64,000 nucleotides of DNA from Clostridiales bacterium (GTDB taxonomy: Bacteria; Bacillota; Clostridia; Oscillospirales; CAG-272): assembly GCA_024693345.1 (NCBI GenBank), contig JAILLB010000028.1, forward strand, positions 1,590-65,589, given 5' to 3'. Every line of letters starts with the position of its first letter. Position 1 is the first letter of the stretch. The notes beneath the pieces were generated by a model. The model was not told the DNA's origin. It did no database searches and saw only the letters and a list, made by a program, of their open reading frames with translations. The position numbers and the translations under genes were made by a program. This document shows, piece after piece, positions 1 to 9,037 of this stretch.

Positions 1-2
1 CA

Positions 3-158
3 GAAGCAGTCATTGCAATCAAGAGCCTTGATGCATTTGCAAAAGCTGCAGACGGAAAAGCAACGAAGATTATCATTCCGAGCAACATTCAGTCACTCGC
101 AGGTCTCGCAACTTCAGTTACAGAACTTGTAAAAACTGAAACGCCAAAAGAAGAATAA
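3..158 (+). CDS. 3' end of a CDS cut by the window edge; the tail resembles SPFH/band-7 (flotillin-like) proteins
   Basis: Frame 3 is open from the edge and reads EAVIAIKSLDAFAKAADGKATKIIIPSNIQSLAGLATSVTELVKTETPKEE, then TAA at 156-158. The KIIIPS..LAGL tail is reminiscent of SPFH-domain C-termini. A hairpin follows. Confidence 0.4.
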   Translation, partial: EAVIAIKSLDAFAKAADGKATKIIIPSNIQSLAGLATSVTELVKTETPKEE

Positions 159-178
159 ACAATCTGAATAGGCAGCTT

Positions 179-210
179 ATGGTGCGGTCTTGAAAAAGGC
201 CGCACCATTT
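179..210 (+). terminator. possible weak intrinsic terminator
   Basis: Hairpin ATGGTGCGG / CCGCACCAT (179-187 / 200-208) is followed by only a short T run. Confidence 0.35.
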
Positions 211-255
211 CATATAATCGTATTAAGGAAAACAAGTCACGGAAGGAGGAATAAT

Positions 256-1515
256 ATGGAGTGGTACAGAATAGCCAATCTTGTAATGCAGGCAATCTAT
301 CTGCCCGTGCACATCATTTTGATTATAAGGCTTATAAAAAACCGTCAGCCTACACCGATATGGCGCTGGTTTACCATTGTTGTTGTCGGTTTGTGGGTAA
401 TGATTTCAGGAAGATTGCTTGAAAGTATTGCATATATCTTCTTCCCTGTAAACGATTTTTACGTTTTCGCCGTATATTATCAGCTTGTTGGAACAACTTT
501 TGCCACATCCGCTTATCTCATTTGGAATCTGTACCTTGCCGGACACGAGCGTTTATCTGAAAGCCGCATTTTCAAGGCGTTTATGCTTACCCAGGCATGC
601 GCAGTATGTATCATAGTATGCACAAACAGTTTACACAATCTGTTTTATGAAAAACTGGTCATGGGAGAGCCTGTTGTTCACGGAAAGCTCTTTTTGCCAT
701 GTCTTTTGATTGTTTACGGAACTCTGTTCATAGGATGGATTATTTCTGTTGTCCATATTGTTCGGAAGGAGAAAGACAAGCTTAAACGCATTGTTGTTTT
801 TTCCTTATACCCCATTATGCCTGCTGTTGCAGCACTGGTGCGTTCAATCACCAAAATCGATACGCTCGACTATATGCCGATTATTATGACGGTATCAATA
901 ATCTGTCTGTACCTGATGATATTCCGTTTTCGTTATGTTGATCTGTTTTCTCAATCGATTGAAAAAGCATTGGAAAACACTCAGAGCGCTCTGTTCATCT
1001 TCGATTCGCTCAATGGCGAGATTGTGTATAAAAACAAGTCTTGTGAAGCATATGACAGCATACTGAAAACAATCATCCAAAAATTGTCATTCTCCAATTC
1101 GTTTGAAGATGTAATTGAAGAAAAACACATACACGTTTCAGCAGTTTCAACGGAAAGCCAGAATCTCGTGACGGTCGTTATTACAGATGTAAGCGACATT
1201 GTCAAAGAACGGGAAATGCTGGACAAAGAAATAGAAAAGCAGAACAATCTTGTTGAAGAGCTGGAAATCAAACAGCACAATATCGATGCATATCTTGGCT
1301 CGTTATATGAGATTCCCAGAGTAAAGGAAAAACAGGAAAGAATTGCAGAAACAAAAAGAATTACTGACGAGACATTTGAAAAAATAGCCGAGGATTTGTC
1401 TGTTGCAGAAAGCGGCAAAGACGAGGCAGACGAGGCCTTAAATGACGTCATTCTTCTGACGCAGAATGCAATATCCAAGGTCCGGGAAACCGTGACAGCG
1501 TTGAAGGAGAATTGA
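256..1515 (+). CDS. polytopic (about 7 TM) membrane sensor module with a PAS-like segment, a coiled coil and a His-less DHp-like helix; no ATPase domain
   Basis: The ATG at 256 is preceded by GGAAGGAGGA; the ORF-track start at 190 lacks an RBS. The N-terminal 250 aa is hydrophobic and resembles a histidine-kinase 7TM domain. The C-terminal half parallels the N-terminus of the next gene (NNLVEEL coiled coil). ERIAETKRITDETFEKIA aligns with the kinase H-box, with Thr in place of His. Confidence 0.8.
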   Translation: MEWYRIANLVMQAIYLPVHIILIIRLIKNRQPTPIWRWFTIVVVGLWVMISGRLLESIAYIFFPVNDFYVFAVYYQLVGTTFATSAYLIWNLYLAGHERLSESRIFKAFMLTQACAVCIIVCTNSLHNLFYEKLVMGEPVVHGKLFLPCLLIVYGTLFIGWIISVVHIVRKEKDKLKRIVVFSLYPIMPAVAALVRSITKIDTLDYMPIIMTVSIICLYLMIFRFRYVDLFSQSIEKALENTQSALFIFDSLNGEIVYKNKSCEAYDSILKTIIQKLSFSNSFEDVIEEKHIHVSAVSTESQNLVTVVITDVSDIVKEREMLDKEIEKQNNLVEELEIKQHNIDAYLGSLYEIPRVKEKQERIAETKRITDETFEKIAEDLSVAESGKDEADEALNDVILLTQNAISKVRETVTALKEN

Positions 1516-1518
1516 CCT

Positions 1519-2475
1519 ATGGAAAAATCAAGAATCTTTAAGAGTATGCCGGATACTGTTTTCGTGACAGATGCGTTTGGATATATACTTGATTTCAATC
1601 GTTCATATCCTTACAAAAACGCAAAAAAGGGCATGAAAATCACACATCTGGTTCCGGGATGTTTTGATACTTCAGATGATACAGTAAACGTCGGCGAAAA
1701 GATATTTAAAAAACAGGTATCCCCTATTCACAGCAAAAATGCAGTATCCGGGTACACTGTCATGCTTTCTGATGTTACGGAGCTGATGACACTTACTGAG
1801 CAGCGCAGGGAGACAAAAAACAAGCTGAACAACCTTGTTGAAGAGTTGAATCAGAAAAACAGCGAGTTACAAGAACTTGCCCTTCAAACAAAAGAATTGA
1901 CCGAACACGAAGAACAACTGAGAGTAGCTCAGATCATCCATGATGACATAGGGCATTCAATAACTGAATTGTTCACCATTGCCCAAATGTGCATCAAACT
2001 GAGAAAATCCGACCCCGAACGCTATTTGAAACTTATAAGGGATGGAAAAGAGATTTGCAGACATTCTTCGTTCACAGAACAACATCATCAATATGATTCA
2101 CTTGAAGAACTGCTGCAGTACTTCGCGCATCTTTCCAGGATTAAAGTAAACATTTCAATTAACGGAACAGAGCCTTTGTTTTTGAAGGATAAATATGCAC
2201 TGATTGAGCGCATATGCAAAGAGTCATATCATAACACACTTGATCATTCATTTGCGGATATGATGACGATTACTGCAGAACTATCTGAATCGTCTGCAAC
2301 TGTTTCAATCACTGACAACGGATCTTTTCATGGAGAATTTGAAAAGGGATTTGGACTCAGCGTCATAGAAAATGATGTTATATCTTCAGGCGGAGAAATC
2401 AAATATCAAACTAAAAACGGTCAAGGATTTGGCATAACTGTAACTTGGAGGAATCAACATGGACAAGAAAATTAA
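1519..2475 (+). CDS. cytoplasmic sensor histidine kinase, HisKA_3 (NarL/LiaS-type) family
   Basis: H-box is AQIIHDDIGHSITEL. N-box-like ESYHNTLDHS is present, with G-boxes ITDNGSF and GFGLSVIEND. RBS GAAGGAGA lies 9 nt upstream. No TM segment. The 3' end overlaps the response regulator gene by 17 nt. Confidence 0.85.
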   Translation: MEKSRIFKSMPDTVFVTDAFGYILDFNRSYPYKNAKKGMKITHLVPGCFDTSDDTVNVGEKIFKKQVSPIHSKNAVSGYTVMLSDVTELMTLTEQRRETKNKLNNLVEELNQKNSELQELALQTKELTEHEEQLRVAQIIHDDIGHSITELFTIAQMCIKLRKSDPERYLKLIRDGKEICRHSSFTEQHHQYDSLEELLQYFAHLSRIKVNISINGTEPLFLKDKYALIERICKESYHNTLDHSFADMMTITAELSESSATVSITDNGSFHGEFEKGFGLSVIENDVISSGGEIKYQTKNGQGFGITVTWRNQHGQEN

Positions 2476-3094
2476 AATACTGATTGCTGACGACCATCCG
2501 CTCCTGACAGATGGTTTGAAGCTCGCCATTAGCGAATGGGAAGATTTTGAGCTGACAAACATTGCATCAAATGGCCAGGAAGCAGTTGAATTATGCGAAA
2601 AAGAAACACCCGACATCGTTTTGATTGACATGCAGATGCCTGTTCTCTCAGGCGCAGATGCGGCAAAAATCATAAAAGATAAGTTTCCCGGAATACGCAT
2701 AGTCGCATTTACCACTTTTTGCGATGCGGAAACAGTTGACAAGGCTCTCAAAGCAAGATGTGACGGCTTTTTGCTGAAAACAATTGACCCAAAACAGCTG
2801 CGTTCTTCGCTCTATTCAGTTTTAGACGGAATGAGTGTAATAGACGGAGTCGCTATGGAAGAACTGCGCAAACGCGAGGCTTCTCAAATATGTGTGGACT
2901 TCAGCGAACGCGAAATTGAAACTCTCGGATATATCTGCAACGGAATGTCAAACAAGGAAATTGCGGAAAAACTGGGACTGCAGCCCGGGACAGTCAAGAA
3001 TATGATTTCTCTGATGCTGAACAAGACTTTTTGTGTCAGCCGCGCAGATTTGTCCAGATACGCAGTTGAACATCGGTTAATCGGTAACAACTGA
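2459..3094 (+). CDS. response regulator, NarL/LuxR family (REC + HTH_LuxR)
   Basis: The receiver domain has ILIADDHPLL and the phospho-acceptor context IVLIDMQMP. The C-terminal LuxR HTH reads SEREIETLGYICNGMSNKEIAEKLGLQPGTVKNMIS. Confidence 0.9.
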   Translation: MDKKIKILIADDHPLLTDGLKLAISEWEDFELTNIASNGQEAVELCEKETPDIVLIDMQMPVLSGADAAKIIKDKFPGIRIVAFTTFCDAETVDKALKARCDGFLLKTIDPKQLRSSLYSVLDGMSVIDGVAMEELRKREASQICVDFSEREIETLGYICNGMSNKEIAEKLGLQPGTVKNMISLMLNKTFCVSRADLSRYAVEHRLIGNN

Positions 3095-3125
3095 CCATCT
3101 TCAGAAGATTAATATGCACCTCTAT

Positions 3126-3170
3126 AGTGCCGAATGTCATGCCATTCGGCACTATTATTAATTTTTTTTA
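3126..3170 (+). terminator. intrinsic terminator after the two-component operon
   Basis: Hairpin AGTGCCGAATG / CATTCGGCACT is followed by a T-rich tract (ATTATTAATTTTTTTTATTTG). Confidence 0.7.
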
Positions 3171-3247
3171 TTTGTTATTATTTTACTCGGACGTGGTCAT
3201 CCACCTTCCAAAATCATTTTAATACTGCTGAAGAAAGGAATTTTATT

Positions 3248-3628
3248 ATGGCAGATTTAAAAGAAAAACTCACAAACACAACAGATTCAACATCTGAATT
3301 TGATGAAAATGACATTCAACAGAACAAAACAATGTCAATATTTGCGTATCTCTCATGGTTGGTTCTGATTCCGTTAATTGCTGCAAAAGAGTCGAAATTC
3401 GCTCGTTTTCACTGCAATCAGGGAATCGTTCTCGCAATCGTGGAAATTATTGCATGGGTAGTTTTAAGCATTCTCTCCATCATTCCTTATGTCGGATGGA
3501 TATTTGTTATATTCAATGTGCTATTAAGTGTTGCTTGTTTGGTTCTCGCAATACTAGGCATTATCAACGCAGTTAACGGAAAAGCAAAGGAACTGCCTGT
3601 AGTCGGAAAGATTAGAATTCTCAAATAG
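3248..3628 (+). CDS. small membrane protein, DUF4870-like
   Basis: The ATG at 3248 follows GAAAGGA; the longer ORF-track start at 3134 lies inside the upstream terminator. Motif FAYLSWLVLIPLIAAKESKFARFHCNQGIVLAI is typical of DUF4870/TM2-like proteins. Three predicted TM helices. Confidence 0.75.
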   Translation: MADLKEKLTNTTDSTSEFDENDIQQNKTMSIFAYLSWLVLIPLIAAKESKFARFHCNQGIVLAIVEIIAWVVLSILSIIPYVGWIFVIFNVLLSVACLVLAILGIINAVNGKAKELPVVGKIRILK

Positions 3629-3651
3629 GCTTTTTCATCAGGAGAATAAAG

Positions 3652-5100
3652 ATGTCAAGATTTAAAAAAATCGTGTCTTCTCTTCTTGCTGTTTTAATAC
3701 TGACTGCGGTTATGTTATCTTTCAGCAGTGTATCTGCAATGAAACACCCGGGAAGAATTGACGGAGTTGACTACACTCGAATCAACGAAAACAAGGATTT
3801 GCGAATCGAAGTGGAATTTCAGCTCGGAACGACAAAGTTCAAGGGTGAATTGACAAACGGAAGCACCCTGTCTAATGACGAAATTGACCAGATCATCAAA
3901 CAGGTCATGAATCAGATGGAGATGACCAGCGGAAAACTGGAATACTCCAAAGCAGTCATTGAAAAGGCAAAACACCTCAAAGGATTTGACCCCGCAATGG
4001 CCTTGCGAATCGGATTAAACGTCGCCGGCTTCGGTACTGTCGCAGATATTTACGATATGTACACCGGCACTAAGGAAATAACGGATGTCACCGCAAACTT
4101 TGTAATAGGTCAGCTTTCGGGAGAAGCGGTCAAATTTATAACCGGAGCTAAATGGGCAGATATTGCACTCAATGCATTTCTCGCCACCAAGGATATAGCT
4201 GAGGAGTGGACACGTCTGGAAAACGAAAAAGAGATTGCCGAACAGGCAATGCAGCGTGAGCTTTTGCTTGAAATGTTCTACCGTGAATGCAATACTCGTC
4301 TTAAGAAAGCAGAAGAGGCACGCGGCGGAAATCAATGGAAGTTGAAAGTTAATGACTCAAAATACAAGCAGAAAACTCTGTTTGGAGTAGAGGTTGGCCA
4401 GATACAGTGGCTTAAAGTTGATATGCAGCGCGTAGACAGTTTCGGAGATGATTCTTCGACTAACTGGAGCGGTGTATATGAAGGCAGTATAGTGCTTCAG
4501 ATATGGCATGATCTTGACAACTTCGATCAGAATTTTCCAAACATTTTCGCAAACTCAAATGCCATTTTCAAAAAGTTACAAACAATTTATGACCTCAGAC
4601 CTGAGTCTGCCAAAGAAAAATCCTCTTTAACCAAAATAATTACACTGAGCAATGCTCAGATTTATATCGACAAGCGCAATGCAATAGGCACAACACTGAC
4701 AAAGCAGGTACCTTTGGCCGGCGCAGAAGATGTCTCTGCTTTCAATCTTGCTCACAAAGTCACTTTTGCACTAGGCATAAGACCATGGAATGATGGTTCG
4801 CTTGATATCACTGGCACAGGTGTGCACTACTCTGCCAAATGTACTATGGAAGAGGATTGTTCAGGCACTATGTTGGATGGCAACCGCTACCCAGCAATTA
4901 TGTGGAACAGCCACGAAGCAGTGGCATATGATTCGCTCTCCGCACCAATGGGAGTAGGTTGGACTCATCGAAACCTTGTAGCAAACGGAAAGACAACTAT
5001 CGGTTGCCCCGCACTGGCAGATTATCAGATTTACAGTGAATTGCGTGACAATATGCTCACGTTGTGGATTAAGAACATAGATAAGGTGGTGGGACAATGA
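3652..5100 (+). CDS. secreted protein of unknown function (482 aa)
   Basis: N-terminal signal peptide (LLAVLILTAVMLSFSSVSA-MK). A Gly/Ala-rich amphipathic segment is followed by a coiled coil and then a beta-rich C-terminal half. ATGA overlap with the next gene. Confidence 0.75.
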   Translation: MSRFKKIVSSLLAVLILTAVMLSFSSVSAMKHPGRIDGVDYTRINENKDLRIEVEFQLGTTKFKGELTNGSTLSNDEIDQIIKQVMNQMEMTSGKLEYSKAVIEKAKHLKGFDPAMALRIGLNVAGFGTVADIYDMYTGTKEITDVTANFVIGQLSGEAVKFITGAKWADIALNAFLATKDIAEEWTRLENEKEIAEQAMQRELLLEMFYRECNTRLKKAEEARGGNQWKLKVNDSKYKQKTLFGVEVGQIQWLKVDMQRVDSFGDDSSTNWSGVYEGSIVLQIWHDLDNFDQNFPNIFANSNAIFKKLQTIYDLRPESAKEKSSLTKIITLSNAQIYIDKRNAIGTTLTKQVPLAGAEDVSAFNLAHKVTFALGIRPWNDGSLDITGTGVHYSAKCTMEEDCSGTMLDGNRYPAIMWNSHEAVAYDSLSAPMGVGWTHRNLVANGKTTIGCPALADYQIYSELRDNMLTLWIKNIDKVVGQ

Positions 5101-5957
5101 AAAGATTTTTTGTAATTGGAATCATCTTATTATTGACGTTGTCAGTTCTTTGTTCATGCTCACTGTTCCATATAGGAGACGATACATCAACACAATCCGA
5201 TGATACTTCATCAGAAATTGCACAGGAAAAACTAATATCCCTCATAAACGGAAACATAAATCTTGATGAACTTTCGCTTGATGAGTTATTAAAACTGTAT
5301 GATGACTTTCTTGAAGGCGGAGATGCATTGAATGATGGTGCAGAAAACGATCTTTTGTACCGCAATGTCGAGATAAAGCCAAATGATGCTTCTGCGGAAA
5401 TCGGGTTTGAATATCCTACTGATGCACAAATCGCAACTTATTCAGACAAGGAATGGGAAGACAAGACAGTTGAAACTCTTGATCCGACCGTGAATATGTC
5501 CCCGGAAGAAAAGGCTGAATACGAAGCAGCCATCAAAGGGCTGGAAGATTTTGATGCAGATGAATTCCAGAAAAGCATTGATGAAATGCTGAAAGGCATT
5601 GAAGGATTTGAGGATTATAATCCAGATAATCAGGAAACCGGAGATAACCCATCAATTCTGAATGAATGGCCCGATAATGATATCACAAAACAGGTGCCTA
5701 AACCGCCATTCGACAATCCGATGATAGTTGCAGATGATGACAGTATCACGGTAATGCAAATCAGTTCATCTTTGGAAGAAGCAAAAGCATATGCAAAACA
5801 ATTGAAAAATTCCGGATTTGACATTGATATTTCCGAGAACACTAATGAAGTGGCGGGCTACAGCATTTACACATTTACCGCAGTGAATCATAAGGGACTG
5901 AGTGTATCACTTACATTCGCATCCGGAACCACAACAGTTAATTTCAGTAAAGACTAA
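5097..5957 (+). CDS. acidic lipoprotein of unknown function
   Basis: Signal peptide with a lipobox-like LSVLCSCS. Highly acidic mature protein. Translationally coupled to the upstream gene (ATGA at 5097-5100). Confidence 0.75.
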   Translation: MKRFFVIGIILLLTLSVLCSCSLFHIGDDTSTQSDDTSSEIAQEKLISLINGNINLDELSLDELLKLYDDFLEGGDALNDGAENDLLYRNVEIKPNDASAEIGFEYPTDAQIATYSDKEWEDKTVETLDPTVNMSPEEKAEYEAAIKGLEDFDADEFQKSIDEMLKGIEGFEDYNPDNQETGDNPSILNEWPDNDITKQVPKPPFDNPMIVADDDSITVMQISSSLEEAKAYAKQLKNSGFDIDISENTNEVAGYSIYTFTAVNHKGLSVSLTFASGTTTVNFSKD

Positions 5958-5976
5958 ACAAAAAGGAGTTTTTAAA

Positions 5977-7317
5977 ATGAAAAAAATACTATCTTTAATC
6001 CTCGTTTCTGTAATGGTACTGTCTTGCATGACAGTTTTCGCAACAGCTGCGGGAAACGAGTTGCCATTTGAACTTGTTTCTCCTGCTTACGTTGTAGCTG
6101 TGTTGGGTAATGGCGGCGATTCGCCGACAACCACAAGTCTGTCATACAGCTTGAGTAATGAAATGACCACATTCTTCAAGAATATGGAAACCGCTCATTT
6201 GGACGGCACAATAGAGCAGTTTATGAAGAACATAGGCTGCGACGATATCTGGATGGTCGTTCAGATAGACTGGGCTGTCGACGATGTGAACGACAGTGTG
6301 TCAGGCTGGCATTATAACAAATACTGGGATGGAGACGAATACTTTGGTCTCGGTCACGACAGCGAAGGAAATGCGCGTTACAGTGAATGGGACATAGTTG
6401 ACGCAGGTATAAACAACGCAACGGAAACTGTTCAGAATATATGGATTACGCGCGCTGTGCCTAACGATGACCGCTGGAACGGAAATCCAGAAACACACAC
6501 TCCCGGAGTGAAGGACCAACTTAGACCGGAACAGTACACATATAACGAAGAGACAGAAGAACTGCGTATAGACTATACGAAACATACTGTATATTTCCGC
6601 GCTCGTTTTGTCGTGACCGTAAGAATAGAAGGAGAACAGGATAAGTGGTACTTCTCCGAATGGTCAGCTACCACAAGTGTTGGCAAGAATGCAGAAAATA
6701 CAGGACCGCTTACAAAAGCCGACGTTGACGCTCCGGTAATCACTGACCTTCACATGACAGACAAAACATTCAATGAAAATCCAGTTGTTGCTTTCACACT
6801 CACTGTTCCCGAAAAGCTTATGGAGAATGCAACAAGGGCCACTGCGGGCGGAGGAGGCATTGTTATCGAGACCGAGGCGAGAGTCAAGGGCGATACAGAA
6901 TGGACGCTGATGGGCAACACCGACTGGATCATCAAATCAGGCGAAATGGAATGCGCTCTGCTGCATCTTGTCAACGATTCACGCCCGACGATTCCAAAGG
7001 ACACAGTAATTGAACTTCGCTGTAGATACCGTTGCGATCAGTCCGGACAAGACAGCTTTTATTCCGATTATTCAAAGATTATTTCCTTCGGCACTAATGA
7101 CATCAACCAGGGCGAAAGCCATGTTACTGACGAAACCACCGACAACAACAATCCTGATAATCCCGACAAGAAGACCTGCCCACTTTGTCACTTCTGCCCT
7201 CAGCCTCTTGGACTCTGTATCTTCATCTGGTTGCTGATAATACTTGCTGTAATTATCGTTATCGTAATTATCATAGTAGTTTCCAAGAAAAAGAAGAAAA
7301 AAGAGGAAAACAAATAA
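5977..7317 (+). CDS. cell-surface protein with signal peptide, two beta-sandwich-like modules and a Cys-rich C-terminal TM anchor
   Basis: The ATG at 5977 follows AAAAGGAG. Signal peptide is MKKILSLILVSVMVLSCMTVFATAA. Two modules end in YFSEWSATTSVG and FYSDYSKIISFG (FN3-like WSxWS-type endings). The C-terminus reads CPLCHFCPQPLGLC, then a TM helix, then KKKKKKEENK. Confidence 0.75.
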   Translation: MKKILSLILVSVMVLSCMTVFATAAGNELPFELVSPAYVVAVLGNGGDSPTTTSLSYSLSNEMTTFFKNMETAHLDGTIEQFMKNIGCDDIWMVVQIDWAVDDVNDSVSGWHYNKYWDGDEYFGLGHDSEGNARYSEWDIVDAGINNATETVQNIWITRAVPNDDRWNGNPETHTPGVKDQLRPEQYTYNEETEELRIDYTKHTVYFRARFVVTVRIEGEQDKWYFSEWSATTSVGKNAENTGPLTKADVDAPVITDLHMTDKTFNENPVVAFTLTVPEKLMENATRATAGGGGIVIETEARVKGDTEWTLMGNTDWIIKSGEMECALLHLVNDSRPTIPKDTVIELRCRYRCDQSGQDSFYSDYSKIISFGTNDINQGESHVTDETTDNNNPDNPDKKTCPLCHFCPQPLGLCIFIWLLIILAVIIVIVIIIVVSKKKKKKEENK

Positions 7318-7334
7318 ATTCACTAAATAAAAAC

Positions 7335-7385
7335 AATCCAACAGCATATTGAGGTCTTTCCTCTTTATACTGTTGGATTTTTTGT
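7335..7385. terminator. bidirectional hairpin terminator between convergent genes
   Basis: Stem AATCCAACAG / CTGTTGGATT has a T run (7380-7385) on the + strand and an A run upstream. Confidence 0.55.
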
Positions 7386-9037
7386 TCATGTAATTTTGTT
7401 ATTTTCAATTTGTCTCTTGGCTTTAACAATCCAAGGTTGTAGTTTGCACGTACTATTACCGAACCCATGATGTATGAGAAAGTAATCACAAGGATAATTA
7501 CCTGGTCTATTACTCTCGGAACATCTCCTTCGGAGATAATCGCTCCTGCAAATACCATTTCTGCAATGCTCAGAACAAGAAGTGCAATACCCATTCCGAA
7601 TGCTATCAGAATGTTCTTCTTTGTCGGATCTTTCCAGAGTTTGTAGCCGAAAAATCCAATCACAAGCATCGCTACCAGATAGAAGATATTCAGCAGATAT
7701 CTTCAGGTTTTCATCATCTTTGTCAAGCAGGTATTCCGGTGCTCCCATGAGCACTTTTTTGCCATCCGCGTATCCGACACCTGAATATTTTGTGGCACTT
7801 GAGAAAGGTATGTTTTCTACATATTCCTCTTTTTCGGCAACACCGAATCTCTTGAATACTGCTTCCATTGTGGAATTGCGTTCGCCTGCGGCATATACAA
7901 TGTTTCTTACATGCCTTGTGACTTCATCCATCGGAGCAAATGCTTTGACGTCAACAACGTTCATTGTTCCGTCTGTAAGTGTACCTGTCTTGTCCAGGCA
8001 GATAACGTCAATTCTCGAAAGGTTTTCGAGTGAATACAGTTCCTGAATCAGTGTCTGCTTTTTTGTAAGCTGTGCAATCGAAACCATCAATGCAACAGAT
8101 GTTGTCAAAACAAGACCCGAAGGAATCATTCCTATACCGAATGAACCGCCTATCACGGCTATTAGGCCCCATGTGACGGGATCATTTACCGACAGCGTAA
8201 GTCCGTTCCATATACTCGGATCATTGCCCGTGTTGGAAATCTTAACAACAAGTGTTATTACAACTGTACAAACCACAAGTGCAAGACCGACTGTGAGAAT
8301 CTTCAGTATCTTTATGATTGAACTCATGAGTTCGGATTTGTGACGACCTTCACCCTTGACCTTCTTTGTGAGTTTGGCTGCATAAGTCTCATCACCCACT
8401 TCAGTTGCACGGCATTTGGCTTCTCCGACAATGATGGAAGAGCCCGACAGGATTGTATCACCTGCTACTTTTTTAACGTGATCTGCATCGCCCGTTAGCA
8501 TTGATTAGTCAACGAAGACTTCTCCGTCAAGAACCACCATGTCTGCAGTTGCCTGATCGCCTGCGCTCAGTGCGATAATATCATCGATTACTATGTTTCC
8601 TGCTCAACATGAACTATTTGTCCGTCTCTAACAACCTTACCTTTTGTCTCGGTAACGATTCTCAGTTTGCGGATAACCTTCATGCTGTGCACTTCCTGGA
8701 AAGTTTCCATGGTTACGTTCATAATGGCGGGAATCAGGAATATGAACTTCGAAAATCCAAAGTACTGGTTGACTATTGCGTCATTTCCGGTAGCTTTCAG
8801 ATAAATAATGAATCCTATGAACAAGAGAGCTATTGTAATCAGTATTGCATTAAAGAATGTGAACATGTTACTCGCAAGAATCTGCAGAAAACTCTTGTCT
8901 GTATTGTCTGTCACAATATTTGCATATCCGTTTTTTACTCTCTCTTCAACCTGAGCGGATGTAAGTCCTGTGCTGACATCCGGCTCAACCCTCTCGATTG
9001 GGGTTCTTTTTTGGCTTTCTTTGACATTTTTAACCAC
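7386..9037 (-). pseudogene. decayed cation-transporting P-type ATPase
   Basis: Three ORF fragments make up the remnant. 8591-9037 holds the N-terminus and TM1-2. 7386-8501 holds the actuator domain, TM3-4 and ICLDKTGTLT. 7271-7669 holds C-terminal TM helices. There is a frameshift near 8590 and an in-frame TAA at 8505-8507, where family members have Glu (VD*SMLTG). The P-domain (TGD, GDGxND) and several TM helices are missing at about 7670-7700. Confidence 0.85.

Noticed and set aside
1513-1515. The in-frame TGA between the sensor and kinase ORFs might reflect stop-codon reassignment (TGA read as Trp or Gly) or selenocysteine.
   Set aside because: Many well-supported genes in the window terminate at TGA at the expected position (for example the ATGA overlaps at 5097-5100, 44061-44064 and 45897-45900). 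No SECIS-like hairpin is apparent either. The standard code fits.
981-1598. A long antisense ORF (205 aa), and similar ones at 16155-16673, 18778-19377, 40560-41117, 45455-46006 and 50475-51317.
   Set aside because: All lie entirely opposite well-supported genes. They have low-complexity Ser/Leu/Phe/Cys-rich translations, no RBS and no recognisable motifs. They are shadow ORFs.
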